A DNA stretch of 64,000 nt, from the NCBI GenBank assembly GCA_030390025.1, contig CM059432.1:39620001-39684000 (forward strand). The letters are read 5' to 3'. Position 1 is the first letter of the stretch; each line of letters begins with the position of its first letter. Positions 37,437 to 50,105 of the stretch are shown here, one piece after another. Under the pieces are notes generated by a model. It saw nothing but the letters and a program-made list of their open reading frames with translations, did not search any database and was not told the DNA's origin. Source of the DNA: Squalus acanthias (Eukaryota). The position numbers and the translations under genes were made by a program.

Positions 37437-39305
37437 TGGTTTGTGTAGTCATGGACAAATTATTACAAAGAGCTTTTAAAAGCTACAGCAGTGACCACCG
37501 CACAGTTATTGTGGAGACGAAGTCCCGTCTTCACACTGAGGACACCCTCCATCGTGTTGTGTGGCACTACCACCGTGCTAAATGGGATAGATTCAGAACA
37601 GATCTAGCAGCTCAAAACTGGGCATCCATGAGGCATTGTGGGCCATCAGCAGCAGCAGAATTGTATTCCACCACAATCTGTAACCTCATGGCCCGGCATA
37701 TCCCTCATTCTACCATTACCATCAAGCCAGGGGACCCACCATGGTTCAATAAGGAGTGTAGAAGAGCATGCCAGGAGCAGCACCAGGTGTACCTAAAAAT
37801 GAGGTGTCAACCTGGGGAAGCTGCAACACAGGACTACATGCATGCTAAAAAACGGAAGCAGCATGCTATAGACAGGGCTAAGCGATCCCACGATCAACGG
37901 ATCAGATCAAAGCTCTGCAGTCCTGCCACATCCAGTCGTGAATGGTGGTGGACCATTAAACAACTAACGGGAGGTGGACGCTCCATGAATATCCCCATCC
38001 TCAATGATGGTGGAGCCCAGCACATGAGAGCAAAAGACAAAGCTGAAGCATTTGCAACCATCATCAGCCAGAAGTGCCGAGTGGATGATCCATATCGGCC
38101 TCCTCCTGAGGTCCCCACCACCACAGAAGCCAGTCTTCAGCCAATTCAATTCACTCCACATGATATCAAGAAATAGCTGAGTGGGCTGTGGGCCCTGACA
38201 ACATCCCAGCTGTCGTGCTGAAGACTTGTGCTCCAGAACTAACCACGCCTCTAGCCAAGCTGTTCCAGTACAGCTATAACACTGCCATCTATCCGACAAT
38301 GTGGAAAACTGCCCAGGTATGTCCTATCCACAAAAAGCAGGACAAATCCAATCCGGCCAATTACCGCCCCATCAGTCTACTCTCAATCATCAGCAACGTG
38401 ATGGAAGGTGTCGTCGACAGTGCTATCAAACAGCACTTACTCACCAATAACCTGCTCACTGATGCCCAGTTTGGGTTCCGCCAGGACCACTCGGCTCCAG
38501 AACTCATTACAGCCTTGGTCCAAACATGGACAAAAAAGATGAATTCCAGAGGTGAGGTGAGGTGAGAGTTACTGCCATTGACATCAAGGCAGCATTTGAC
38601 CGAGTGTGGCATCAAGGAGCCCTTGTAAAACTGGAGTCAATGGGAATCGGGAGTAAAAATTCTCCAATGGCTGGAGTCATATCTAGCACAAAGAAAGATG
38701 GTTGTGGTTGCTGGAGGTCAATCATCACAGCCCCAGGACATCACTACAGGAGTTCCTCAGGGCAGTGTCCTAGGCCCAACCATCTTCAGCTGCTTCATCA
38801 ATGACCTTCCCTCCATCATAAGGTCAGAAATGGGGATGTTCGCTGATGACCGCAGAGTGTTCAGTGCCATTCGCAACTCCTCAGATAATGAAGCAGTCCA
38901 TGCCCACATGCAGCAAGACCTGGACAACATTCAGGCTTGGGCTGATAAGTGGCAGGTAACATTCGTGCCACACAAGTGCCAGGCAATGACTATCTCCAAC
39001 AAATGAGCGTCTAACCAGCGCCCCTTGAAATTCAACGGCATTACCATCGCCGAATCCCCCACCATCAATATCCTGGGGGTTACCATTGACCAGAAACTTA
39101 ACTGGACCAGCCACATAAACACTGTGGCAAAAAGAGCAGGTCAGAGGCTGGGTATTCTGCGGCGAGTGTCTCATTTCCTGACTCCCCAAAGCCTTTCCAC
39201 CATCTACAAGGCACAAGTGAGGAGTGTGATGAAATACTCTCCACTTGCCTGGATGAGTGCAGCTCCAACAACACTCAAGAAGCTCGACGCCATCCAGGAC
39301 TTCAG

Positions 39306-40470
39306 CTAGTCCCACTCCACCGCCCTTTCCCCGTAGCCCTGCAAATGTTTTCCCCTCAGATACTTATCCAATTCCTTTTTGAAAGCCATGATTGAGTCTG
39401 CCTCCACCACCCTTTCAGGCAGTGCATTTCCGATCCTAACCACTCGCTGCGTAAAAAGCTTTTTCCTCATGTCACCTTTGGTTCTTTTGCCAATCACCTT
39501 GGCCCGTAATTTCCGATAGGAGGCTTCCTGCGTGCGGATGCCTCCTATCGGGAAAAAATCTACGCCCTTACCTGAGGGCTCCCGAGGTCCGGACTCTTCT
39601 GCTCCTGGGCCTCTCCTGGTGCGCATGCGCAGAGGCCCAGGTATCCCAGGGGCACAGGCGGTTCGCAAGCGTCCCTGGGATCACGTGGGCCAGGCGAGCC
39701 AATGGAAGAAGGGAATCCCCCTTCATACTTTTGACAGGTAGTATGTCAAAAGTATGAATGGGGATCACTGAAAAAAGACATTACAACATTAAATAAACTT
39801 TTTAAAAAACGATCACGTTTTTAAAATGAGTTAAAATTACCAGGCGTAAGATTTTTAAAGGTTTTCAGCGGGCGGAGGTTCTGCAGAAAGCGGAACTCTC
39901 TGCCCGCGCAGGCCCTTCTCTTGTGCATGCCTGAAACCGGCACTTGTGAGGTCCCTATGGGTGTGTACACAGCTCGTACACACCCGTAGGCATCGGAAAT
40001 TACAGGCCCTTGAATCTGTGTTCTCCGGTTCTCAACAATTCCACCAATGGGAACAGTTTCTCTCTATCTACTCTGTCTAGACCCCTCATGATTTTGAGTA
40101 CCTCTATCAAATCTCCTCTCAACCTTCTCTGCTCTAAGGAGAACAACCCCAGCTTCTCCAGTCTATCCACGTAACTGAAGTCCCTCATCCATGGAATCAT
40201 TCTCATTAATCTTTTCTGCACCCTCTCTAAGGCCTTTACATCTTTCCTAAAGTGTGGTGCTCAGAATTGGACACAATACTCCAGTTGAGGCCGAACCAGT
40301 GTTTTATAAAGGTTCATTGTAACTTCCTTGCTTTTGTACTCTATGCCTCTATTTATGAAGCCCAGTATCCCGTATGCTTTTTTAACCGCTTTCTCAACCT
40401 GCCCTGCCACCTTCAATGATTTGTGCATATATACCCCCAGGTCTCTCTGTTCATGCACCCCCTTTAGGAT
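39306..40470 (-). mobile_element. CR1 3' fragment split by a MITE
   Basis: LVRPQLEYCVQF, LEQRRLRGDLIEV and FTQRVV motifs. Confidence 0.85.
39501..40008. mobile_element. Harbinger-type MITE inserted in a CR1
   Basis: TIR GGCCCGTAATTTCCGAT / ATCGGAAATTACAGGCC; TSD CTT; CR1 coding sequence continues across it. Confidence 0.85.
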
Positions 40471-41270
40471 TGTGCTGATAAGTGGCAAGTAAAATTTGCA
40501 GGAAACAAGTGCCAGGCAATGACCATCTCCAACAACCACCGCCTCTTGACATTCAATGGCATTACCATAATCAAATCCTCCATCATCAACTTCCTAGGAG
40601 TTACCATTAAGTGAAACTGGACCAGCCACATAAATGCCGTGGCTACTACAGCAGGTCAGAGGCTGGGTATTCTGTGGCGTGTGGCTGACATCCAGACTCC
40701 CCAAACCTTCCCCACCATCTACAAGGCATAAGTCAGGAGTGCGATGGAATACTCTCCACTTGCTTGATTGGAGTTGCTTTAACAACACAGAAGAAGCTCC
40801 ACACCATCCAGGACAAAGCAATCCACTTGATCAGAACCTTATCCACCAGCTTAAACTTCCATTCTCTCCACTATCGGTGTAACTCGTCTGCAATGTGCAA
40901 TATGTACAGGATGTAGTGCAGCAAGCCGCCAAGGCTTTTTTGGCAGTATTACCCAAACTCGTGACCTCCCCCACCCAGAAGGACAGGACAGCAGGTGTAT
41001 GATAACACCATCACAAGTGTGTGACTTGTAAGTCACCATTGTGACGTACAAGTCACACACCATCCTGACTTGGACATATATCGCCGTTACTTCATTTTTG
41101 CTGGGTCAAGATCCTGGAATTCTCTAACAGCATTGTGAGAATAACTTCAACATATGGCCTGCAATAGTTCAAGAAGAAGGCCCAGCACCACCTTCTCAAG
41201 GGAAACTAGGAATGGGCAATAAATGCCAGGTTTGCCAGTGACGCCAATATCACGAGAACGAATATAATAT
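40470..41270 (+). mobile_element. Family A LINE degenerate 3' fragment
   Basis: Similar to 235-893 and 44745-45993. Confidence 0.75.
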
Positions 41271-41871
41271 AAAAGCATTGTTTGAATGTATTTCAACAAC
41301 TCAGCCTCAGCTCAGCTCTACTTAATACAACTGAGTTAGACCCAGACAAAATTACATAAATCAGGAAGGTTAGTTGTTTACACAGCTGATGGGGTTAACA
41401 GCTTTGAATAACAAGACTGTGCAGGTAAGCTTAAAGTCTACTTTAGGAGAGTTGTGATAGGCTAGTAGATTTGAATTCATACAACCTTCTCCTTCTGGGT
41501 CAGCTATAGTAGAGTTAGTTCCCTCTGGGCACTCGTGCTTGCCTCTGGGGATGCCTGCAAAATCAATCTCCATCTGTAGCCAGAGTATTTCTTTCTTCTG
41601 CTTCTTTTCCTGGTAGATCTCAATTTGTACTTTACTGTGCATGTACATACATAACCATACTAGCTCCTGACCCTCTGTTCTCAGAGATTTTGTTACATGC
41701 AGGTGATACTTGCCCATGTCTAACTAGTTTTGTACTCTTACTATTAACACTTTCACAGTTTAGAAGACTTGGCTTTTAGATATAATGAACTCTTCCTAGA
41801 TTTCTCTAGATTTTCCTTCTACTTTCAACTTCCCAGTTTGGTTGTCAAAATCCCAGTCTTTTATACACTTC

Positions 41872-42709
41872 GGGTTGGATTTTGCCAATGGGGAGCTTTT
41901 GGAGGCAGGACTCCCACTTGTCGGGTTTCAGTCCCGCCTCCATCAACTTCTGGCCAACCCACGCTATTTTCCCTTCATTGACCTTTTTAAGCCCGCCCAG
42001 CGGGCTTAGCAGGCCAATTAAGGGGAAGCCGGTTACAGAGAACGTCAGCATATGACGTTTCATCTCTCAAAAACTTTTGACAGATGAATTGTCATCATTT
42101 GACAGCTCTGTGAAGCTGTCAAACACTGACAATCTCTGTAGTTTGATGAGTTCTTGAATTCAAGACCTCATCAAACCTCATTCCTTTGCAGAAATTAGAT
42201 GGTTGTTGCATTGGAGAATGCAACAGCCATCTGTCATCTCTGCCGCGGAGGTGCGAGACTCTCCGCATACCCACCGATTGAAGCTTGCAGGAAGAAACAA
42301 AGGTAAGTACACTTTTTCTAACACTTTGCACTTACCTCACATACTCACCTCTCCACACTTGCACCCATCACTTACCTTCACAGCGCACTTTTGCAGCCCC
42401 GCAGACCCACTACTCACCTCGGTGACCCTGGCGGGGTGCGGAGCCTTCGGGAAGCCCGCACTTGTGTGGGCAAAATGGGGATAATCCTCTTATCTGCCTG
42501 TTAACTACCTGTTAACAGGCAGTTAAGTGGCTGTAATCCCCTTCCCGCCTCCAAGGAGACGGGACCCAGCGCGGGTCGGCTACCCGCCTCCTGGCAGGAT
42601 AGCACGGAGGCGGGTTGGGGGCAGGTTGGGCACCCGCCCCAAAATTCTACCATTTTCCCGGCAGTCCCGCCTCTGTACCCACCTCCCCAGGGCTGGCAAG
42701 ATCGCGCCC
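41872..42709. mobile_element. Non-autonomous Harbinger derivative
   Basis: GGGTTGGATTTTGCC / GGCAAGATCGCGCCC ends; TSD TTC on both sides. Confidence 0.75.
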
Positions 42710-43039
42710 TTCATTTCACAAAGGAAGACCTCTTCTCCCATGTATTGAAATGTCTGACCAATCAAGATGACTCATTTTATTGCAAGGATTCCCCTTTTAG
42801 GTATTAATCATCTTAACAGAAACTCAAAGTCTTATAATGAGAAAATAATGAGAAAATGTATTTCAAATTTACGTATAATAATTTTAAGCAGTAATGAAGT
42901 AAATCATTTCAGTTCCGATGGAGGATTCCATCCCAAAGGTTAAGCTAACTTTTACACGCTGTTACACATGTTCTGCATTTTGAACATTGCTTATTTCAAA
43001 TTTTAGCGTTCTTGTCACTTTGCATTGAGTTTATTTTCG

Positions 43040-43500
43040 GGCATTTGCTCCAAATGCGAATGCGCAATCCTCCATGCATTCTGTGTATACGAGTGCTTAT
43101 CTCTTGGCGTCCCTCCCGTCCCTCTCTAAAAGCGCTGGGTGGGTGCTCGTCCTTTGCTCGAGTCTCCTGCGCGCGCGCGTCCCCCTATTGGTTTGTGCGT
43201 CACTGCGCGCGCTCCCGCCGGCGCCAGGCAACCGGCGGCGCAGCTGTAATGGCGGACGACTTGGACCAGCTTCTAGACGAAGCGGAGCTGCGGTTCTGTC
43301 GAGACAGGTCGGCGACGAGCCGCGAGGGAGAGGAGGGAGCAGTCGGGGTTGGGGGCTCGGACAAGGAGGTGAAAATCAGGTTAAATCCCAGTAACTTGTT
43401 TCTCTGAGCTGCAGCGGCCTGGCTGGGGACATTACACGGAGTCTGACCAGCGGCACTTCACCACTGCACTGATTGGGCAGGGTGTGAATGCGGGGCTGGG
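43040..43500 (+). promoter_or_regulatory. CpG-island promoter of CFAP418 with inverted CCAAT, GCGC-rich (NRF1-like) motifs and an RFX X-box-like site
   Basis: Dense unique CpG-rich sequence around the ATG; ATTGG near 43187; TGCGCGCGC at about 43168 and 43204; GGCGCCAGGCAAC at 43220-43232. Confidence 0.7.
43249..43379 (+). CDS. CFAP418: CFAP418/C8orf37 (ciliary protein, BBS21) coding exon 1
   Basis: ATG at 43249 gives MADDLDQLLDEAELRFCR, matching the C8orf37 N-terminus as I recall it (MAEDLDELLDEVESKFC). Lies in a CpG island. Donor AG|GTTAAA after 43379 is phase 2, which fits exon 2. Confidence 0.9.
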
Positions 43501-44744
43501 CTCATACAAGGAACAGTCACAGCCTGACAGTTGATATTTTTGATTATAAGCCAGTTATTTCTGGACTCCCTGGTTGAAAGAAGAAATAAAGAGCTTGCAT
43601 TTATATAGCGACTTTCACGACCTTAGGACGTCCCAAAGCGCTTTACAGCCGATGAAGTACTTTTTTTGACGTGTAGTCACTATTGTAATGTAGGGAACTT
43701 TATACAAGGTATAATTTTATAAAGGGTATGTCATTCACTCCCCAAGGATAAAACACACACACTATGATACCATATTTTCAGTACTGTGTCACTCTCACCT
43801 TTTCACCAACATGGTGCTACCTCATCTGCTGAGTGAGTTTGCTCTACAGTTTAATACCCAGTTATGGGCTCCTCAGTGGATTTATCCAATGAACAGTATA
43901 GACCAGGAAAGTTCTGCGTTGGCTCTCGGATCTGTGTTAATTTAGCTAGGACAGTAGTAGGATGGTTCAGTTGGCCTCGGCAATCCAGGATCAGGAAGGG
44001 GAATAATCAACCAGGGTTCCTACTGCTGATATCCACTAATCTCGCACTGTGTGGATGCCAAGTAAGGATGGGATCAGTTAGGTTTTGATGTACCTCATGA
44101 GGCTGATATTAAGGCTCATCCTAGGAAACCATACCCCAGCACAGGCCTTTAGAAAGGGGAGAAAAAAATTATACTGCATAAAAATATAAGCCTGGTTTCT
44201 TTGCTGTAATATTTGCCTCATTTATACTGCTAGCCACATAAGACAACAACTGCATATGTGCAATATATGTGCCTGCACGGATGCTGTGAAATCACGATTT
44301 TTTCTGTTATGTGCGATACGGGTATAGCTTTTTGTATTGAGTTAATTTGCTCCATGTATTGTACAAATGTGTATATAAGTTGAAGCTGCAATGAATTGGG
44401 CATGTTTGGGTAGTTCTCAAAACTAAAATGCTGGTAAGGGCCAATTGCAAAAGTTGTCCTTGCATAGGCAAACTACATTTCTTCACCATGCACCTGTTAG
44501 CTAATGACAACAGCATACACAGGTTAGGAAAAATACTATGCTTATGACAGAATGGCATTCCTACATATATTTTCATTTTTTTATGGGAGAGTAACCAAAC
44601 AATGTAGAGTTAATTATCAATGCTGAACCAGGGTTGCTGGAGGATATAGTGAGCTACAGAAAATCTGTGACTTGCCCATTGATATTCTAGAATTTCTTTT
44701 CCAAATCTTTCGATGTTATGTTTCAGGATTTTTGATCTTTTTCT

Positions 44745-45995
44745 TCACCACTCGGCTCCAGACCTCATTACAGCCTTGGTCCAAACATGGACAAAGGCGA
44801 TGAATTCCAGAGGTGAGGTGAGAGTGACTGCCCTTGACATCAAGGCAGCATTTGACCGAGTGTGGCATCAAGGAGCCCTAGTAAAACTGAAGTTAATGGG
44901 AATCGGGGAAAACTCTCCACTGGCTGGAGTCGTCATACCTAGCACAAAGGAAGATGGTTGTGGTGGTTGGAGGTCAATCATCACAGCTCCAGGACATCAC
45001 TGCAGGAGTTCCTCAGGGCAGTGTCCTAGGCCCAACCATCTTCAGTTGCTTCATCAATGACCTTCCCTCCAACATAAGGTCAGAAATGGGGATGTTTGCT
45101 GATGACTGCACAGTGTTCAGTGCCATTCGCAACTCCTCATAATGAAGCAGTCCATGCCCGCATGCAACAAGACCTGGACCTCATTCAGGCTTGGGCTGAT
45201 AAGTGCCAGGTAACATTCATGCCACACAAGTGCCAGGCAATGACTATCTCCAACAAGCGAGAGTCTAACCACCGTCCCTTGACATTCTACAGCATTACCA
45301 TTGCCGAATCCACCCCCATCAACATCCTGGGGGGGGTCACCATTGACCAGAAATTTAACTGGACCAGTCACATAAATACTGTGGCAACAAGAGCAGGTCA
45401 GAGGCTAGGTATTTCTGCGGCGAGTGTCTCACTTCCTGACTCTCCAGAGCCTTTCCACCATCTACAAGGCACAAGGAAGGAGTGTGATGGAATACTCTCC
45501 ACTTGCCTGGATGAGTGCAGCTTCAACAACACTCAAGAAGCTCGACACCATCCAGGACAAAGCAGCCCGCTTGATTGGCACCCCATCCACCACCTTAAAC
45601 ATTCACTCCCTCCACCGTGCGTACCGTGGCTGCAGTGTGTACCATCTACAAGATGCACTGCAGCAACTTGCCAAGACTTCTTCGACAACACCTCCCAAAC
45701 CTGCGACCTCTATCACGTAGAATGACAAGGGCAGCAGGTGCATGGGAACCACCTCCAAGATCCCCTCCAAGTCACACACCATCCTGACTTGGAAATATAT
45801 TGCCGTTCCTTCATCGCCACTGGGTCAAAATCCTGGAACTCCCTACCGAACAGCACTGTGGGAGTACCTTCACCACACGGACTGCAGCGGTTCAAGAAGG
45901 CAGCTCACCACCATCTTCTCAAGGGCAATTAGGGATGGGCAATAAATGCTGGCCTTGCCAGCGATGCCCAGATCCCATGAATGAATAAAAAAAAG
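44745..45995 (+). mobile_element. Family A LINE 3' fragment in CFAP418 intron 1
   Basis: AFDRVWH, GVPQGSVLGP and FADD motifs; ends AATAAA plus an A-run. Confidence 0.88.
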
Positions 45996-46559
45996 TGTTT
46001 AAGGGTTTTAAAACAAAGTAATTTTGTCCAGGTTTAAAAATAATGCTTGCAGACATTGAATGTGTATGTTAATGTTGTATCAGTCTATTTCAAACTGATG
46101 CCATGAGGATCTATTGTCTTATTCTAGACCCATTATCCAAGATAACCGGGGATGTTAAACAATTCATATTCTCATCACAGATGGCAAACAAGTATTCATA
46201 CCAAGGTGCTTATAATGGAGGATGGCTGCACCATAACCACTGAGAGTGGACAAGGATCGGGCTGATACTTGGGATGGAGATCCCCTATTGGTACACAGTC
46301 GACAGGGTAGTTTGCAGCCTTGGGGTCTACTAGCCTTTCTTGCACATTCCCGGGCCACAGGAGCATTTTCCTCTGCTAGATTTTCCAAAATTCCCTCTCC
46401 CTCAGCTATTCTACAATAACCTACGTTTCCTACATTACAACAGTGATTACATTTCAAAAAGTACTTCATTGGCTGTAAAGTGCTTTGGGATGTCCTAAGG
46501 TCATGAAAGGTACTAAATAAATGCAGTCTTTCTTTTAAACCATTTACACCCCCTCTGGA

Positions 46560-46830
46560 CCCATCTTATGTTTCTATGCACGTCTTGTTATCGCCTCCAT
46601 TTGCCTTGCACCATCGTCACTTGTCATTTAATCACTCCTGCGTGCCAACCTATCATAGACCTTTTGTTCTTTTCCTGCCCCCTTTTCACTGGCTCTGTAC
46701 TTGCTTAAGAGCTGTTCATCTGTAACATCTTCCAGTTCTGATGAAAGGTCATCGACCTGAAACTCTGTTTCTCTCTTCACAGATGCTGCCTGATCTGCTG
46801 AGTGTGTCCAGCATTTTCTGTTTTTATTTT
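46560..46830 (+). mobile_element. Second Penelope-like terminal-repeat family (degenerate relatives near 3525-3655, 26540-26720, 42905-43000, 48470-48610)
   Basis: AGTT-CTGATGA-A-AGGTC(ATC)GACCT-GAAA hammerhead-like core followed by a CACAGATGCTGCCTGA..CCAGCATTTTCTGTTTT tail that recurs in the window. Confidence 0.55.
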
Positions 46831-47114
46831 TAGTATTCATATCCATTGTAGTGATGATAATTCTGTCAATGTGGGAACAGCATGAGGTGTCTGTGAAGAA
46901 TGAGCTTATGGGAGAGGGGCTAGTCAGTTTGGTTGAGAGGCCTGCTGGCAAATCACTGAATGGGAAGGTGTCAGTGATACTACCCCTCTGAAGTCAGAAT
47001 TAACAGAGAAGGGAAATCCATAGTTGTGCCAGTCAGTTTCTAATCAAGAGACTGCAAGTTGTAGTCCTGAGTCCCAGAGCAGGAAGCTAAAAATGCAGAT
47101 CATTAACTTCCAGC

Positions 47115-47500
47115 ATCTCCCAATTAAAATTCTCATCCTTGTGTTTAATCCCTTCATAACCTTGCCCCTCCCTTTCTCTGTAACCTTCTCCGGTCTTTCA
47201 ACTCTTCCAGAACTCTCTGTTCCTCCAACTCTGGCCTCGTGCAACCCTCCTCCCTTTGCCCCACTTTTAGCAGCCATGCCTTCAACAGCCTATGCCCCAT
47301 GCTCTGCAATTCACTCTAAATTCCTCAGTGCACCTCCCTCATTTAAGACCCTCCTTAAACCACACTTTGATCAAGCTTTTGGTCACCCCTTCTAATATCT
47401 CCTTCTTTGGCTTTGATTATGAATTAATTATTTGCTGTGACTGGCCTTGGCAGGTTTTTCTACGATAAAGGAGCTATATAAATGCAAGTTGTTGTTACTT
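47115..47500 (+). mobile_element. Degenerate L2 3' fragment
   Basis: FKTLLK..FDQAFGH and the L2 tail. Confidence 0.7.
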
Positions 47501-48679
47501 TGTATGTTCATTTGCTGTCTGTGAAATAAAGCAACTTAACAATTTGCATCTGGCATTATCTTGCCAAGTGTTTCTGATCACACTGTATGATTGTAATCAG
47601 GAGCTCACCCTGGGGAATTGCAGACACATATTCACATTCCATCACTCCAGGGTGGGACATGGATCTGATTCTGCAGTGTCCTTCAAGGAAGACGTTGGTT
47701 TGGATTGTGGCCTTCAACAAAAAGATACTGAATAACATTGGATTAAAACATTGTGTGACAGGTATCAAAGAATTAGAAGTTTCTTTTCTGAAACTGTTTC
47801 CTAACTTAGCTAATTTTTTTACTAAATCAAAGCAACCAACTCCTCAAATCATTTTGAGTTTTTTTTAAAGAAAACGTGCTCTTTGATCCACCATGTGAAA
47901 ATCAAGCCTATAAAAATTATGTCACTAATTAGTATACCAGACTGGAGTGACTGCACACAAGATGCCTGCTGGTACATCCTTAAATGGCCATTTTGAGCAT
48001 AATTATTCCAGTGACTAGAGTAGGACCTCAAAACTACTGGAATAAACCGGCTAAGGGTCAATTCAGAAGATCAGAAATCTAGTAAACATCAGAGTTCTAA
48101 CATTAATTGCTCACCCTTAACCCAACACAGCTTTACTCACACTCCAACACCCAACAACACAGCATTGCACAACTGCTGAATACAGCTTTGCACCCCATAC
48201 TCACCAAACAGTACTGCACAACCACTATGACAGTTTCTGACATGGAATTATAGCCATCCACGCCAACTTCTGGTGACACAGAACTTTCAGAATTTTATAA
48301 AGCCATCATTTCAGTTAGCCATAGTTCTACTGTACCTAAGTATAATCCATTAGCATCTTTCTCTGCTATCATGTTGACCACCATAATAAATTTGCCATAC
48401 AGCAGCTGCAATTTTTGCCTTTAGGATAAAATTTTGCAGTGTGGTTTCTGCATTTCTTTTAAAGAGAAAGGACAGATATGACATTCCAGCTGACTTCCAA
48501 AATGTCATAACCTATGTTTTCTGTTTACAGGTGCTGACTAACCTTCCATGTATTCCCAGTGTTTTCTGTTTTTATATCAGATTTCTGGCATTTGCAGTTT
48601 CCATTTTACTGTGGAAAAATTTGGAGCTGGAGGTTCATCATTGAACCCTCCTCTTAACATATTGTGTTATATTTTTCAG

Positions 48680-48782
48680 CTCACCTTCAGTCCCATCTGA
48701 AGAAACTTCCAAAGAGGAAGATGATTTAAGTGATCTTATTGCAGATATTTTTCATGATGATCCAAGTGCATCAGATCCTTCT
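48680..48782 (+). CDS. CFAP418: CFAP418 coding exon 2
   Basis: tttttcag acceptor; translates (S)SPSVPSEETSKEEDDLSDLIADIFHDDPSASDPS, resembling human ETFKKEDDLDSLINEI; donor CT|GTAAGT, phase 0. Confidence 0.9.
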
Positions 48783-50105
48783 GTAAGTTGTATAAAATGT
48801 GTTTAGTGAAAACTCACTTTTATAGTAATGTCCAAGAAACACTTTGACACCATTTTGTATGTGTTCTAATGATCTTGTAGAACTGTATAAAAAAGATGAT
48901 TCTTGTTCAGTTTGAATACATGTTGTACAGTAGTTATTTTATAATCTTCTACATCTACCCAACCTAAATCTAAAGAGTGCCTTGATTTACACTCTGGTTT
49001 CTGATCTATAATTGGGGTATTTTCCTGTCTTCCAATTTCTGGCAGCAGCTCTACCTGCCGGGAGTGCATATCAGAAATTCGGGTACTTGTTGAGCATGTT
49101 TTTCCCATATGCATTCTAGACCAGTGAGACTCCCTACTGGAACGCAACGTCTGAAAAATACCTCTAATGTGTTCTGATGTACAGTAAGCGAGCACATTGC
49201 CATTTAACCTCTTGTACTGAGCTCAGACCAGACTGAAAGAAAACCTTTTTCTGCTGGCTGTCACGTTCAAACATGAAGTGAGTTTGGGCAGCCTCAATCA
49301 GTTCCAAGTGGATATGGATCCACAGCATTAATTAGCAATTTCACACCAAGATGGCACATGTGAGAAATTCATCTCCAAACCAAATCTAGTTCATATGTAG
49401 GTTGGAACATTCATCACAGTTTATACTTACTCTCTTGTTGGAAATGTAACTAGTTTTATAATGTTCAGTCCAAGAGGACGCCCTTTTCTTATGGGTAGCT
49501 TGACTCCATTACAATTTTAATTTCAAGCAAGTTACCTGTGCAGTAAGATCTGAACTGACTTGTTACCACATAACTGCATGTGGATTTCATGGAGCTGATT
49601 TTGTGTTAAAATAACTGCTTGGCTGATTATCATCAACTTATCTTTACATGTCTGATGCATTTAAGGGGAAGCTAGATAAACATATGAGGGAGAAAGAAAT
49701 AGAAGGTTATGCTGGTAGGGTTAGATGAAGACGGGTGGGAGGAGGCTCCTGTCTAACATAAACACCGGCATTGACCAGTTGGGCCGAATGGCCTGTTTCT
49801 GTGCTGTACATTCTATGTAATTAATAAAATACCACGCACAGTTTCCATTCCTGTTGTGCTATTGCAAAGTAGCATTAATAGCATGATGGCTAAAAAAAAT
49901 TGCAGTGGCACAGAATTTCAGTGTACTGGCCCTGAGGAGAGATCATGCAGCTAAGGGAATTCATGCTCATATAGTATAACAGCCATTATAGTTCACTAAA
50001 TTGTTCATTGCATGGGCCTTGGCCTAGCAATATTTAGAAGACCTTACTAAAAGTGCAGGCCAGGTTGTGTAGCCATTCTCCACAAGCAAAATGTAAGCAC
50101 ATAAA

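Larger units (their letters stand above)
35164..37487 (+). mobile_element. Internally deleted endogenous retrovirus-like provirus
   Basis: TSD GCAG (35160-35163, 37488-37491); 5' LTR 35164-35927 (TG..CA); tRNA-Lys-like PBS TGGCGCCCGAACA at 35931; gag-like relic; only about 50 bp of the 3' LTR end is retained. Confidence 0.85.
33000..39300 (+). mobile_element. Family A LINE fragments: RT piece 33000-34697 (split by the solo LTR) and EN-RT piece about 34770-39300 (split by the ERV-like element)
   Basis: WVGDFNVHH and SDH endonuclease motifs; NYRPISLL, AFDRVWH, GVPQGSVLGP and FADD RT motifs. Confidence 0.88.

Noticed and set aside
41370..41717. 115-aa minus-strand ORF divergent from CFAP418
   Set aside because: No recognisable domain or splice structure; at most a decayed repeat relic.
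43366..43374. Alternative exon 1 donor GAG|GTGAAA
   Set aside because: Phase 0, which is out of frame with exon 2 (needs phase 2).
43012..43407. 131-aa single-exon ORF
   Set aside because: Only the part from ATG 43249 to the donor at 43379 is CFAP418; the rest is promoter/UTR and intron read-through.
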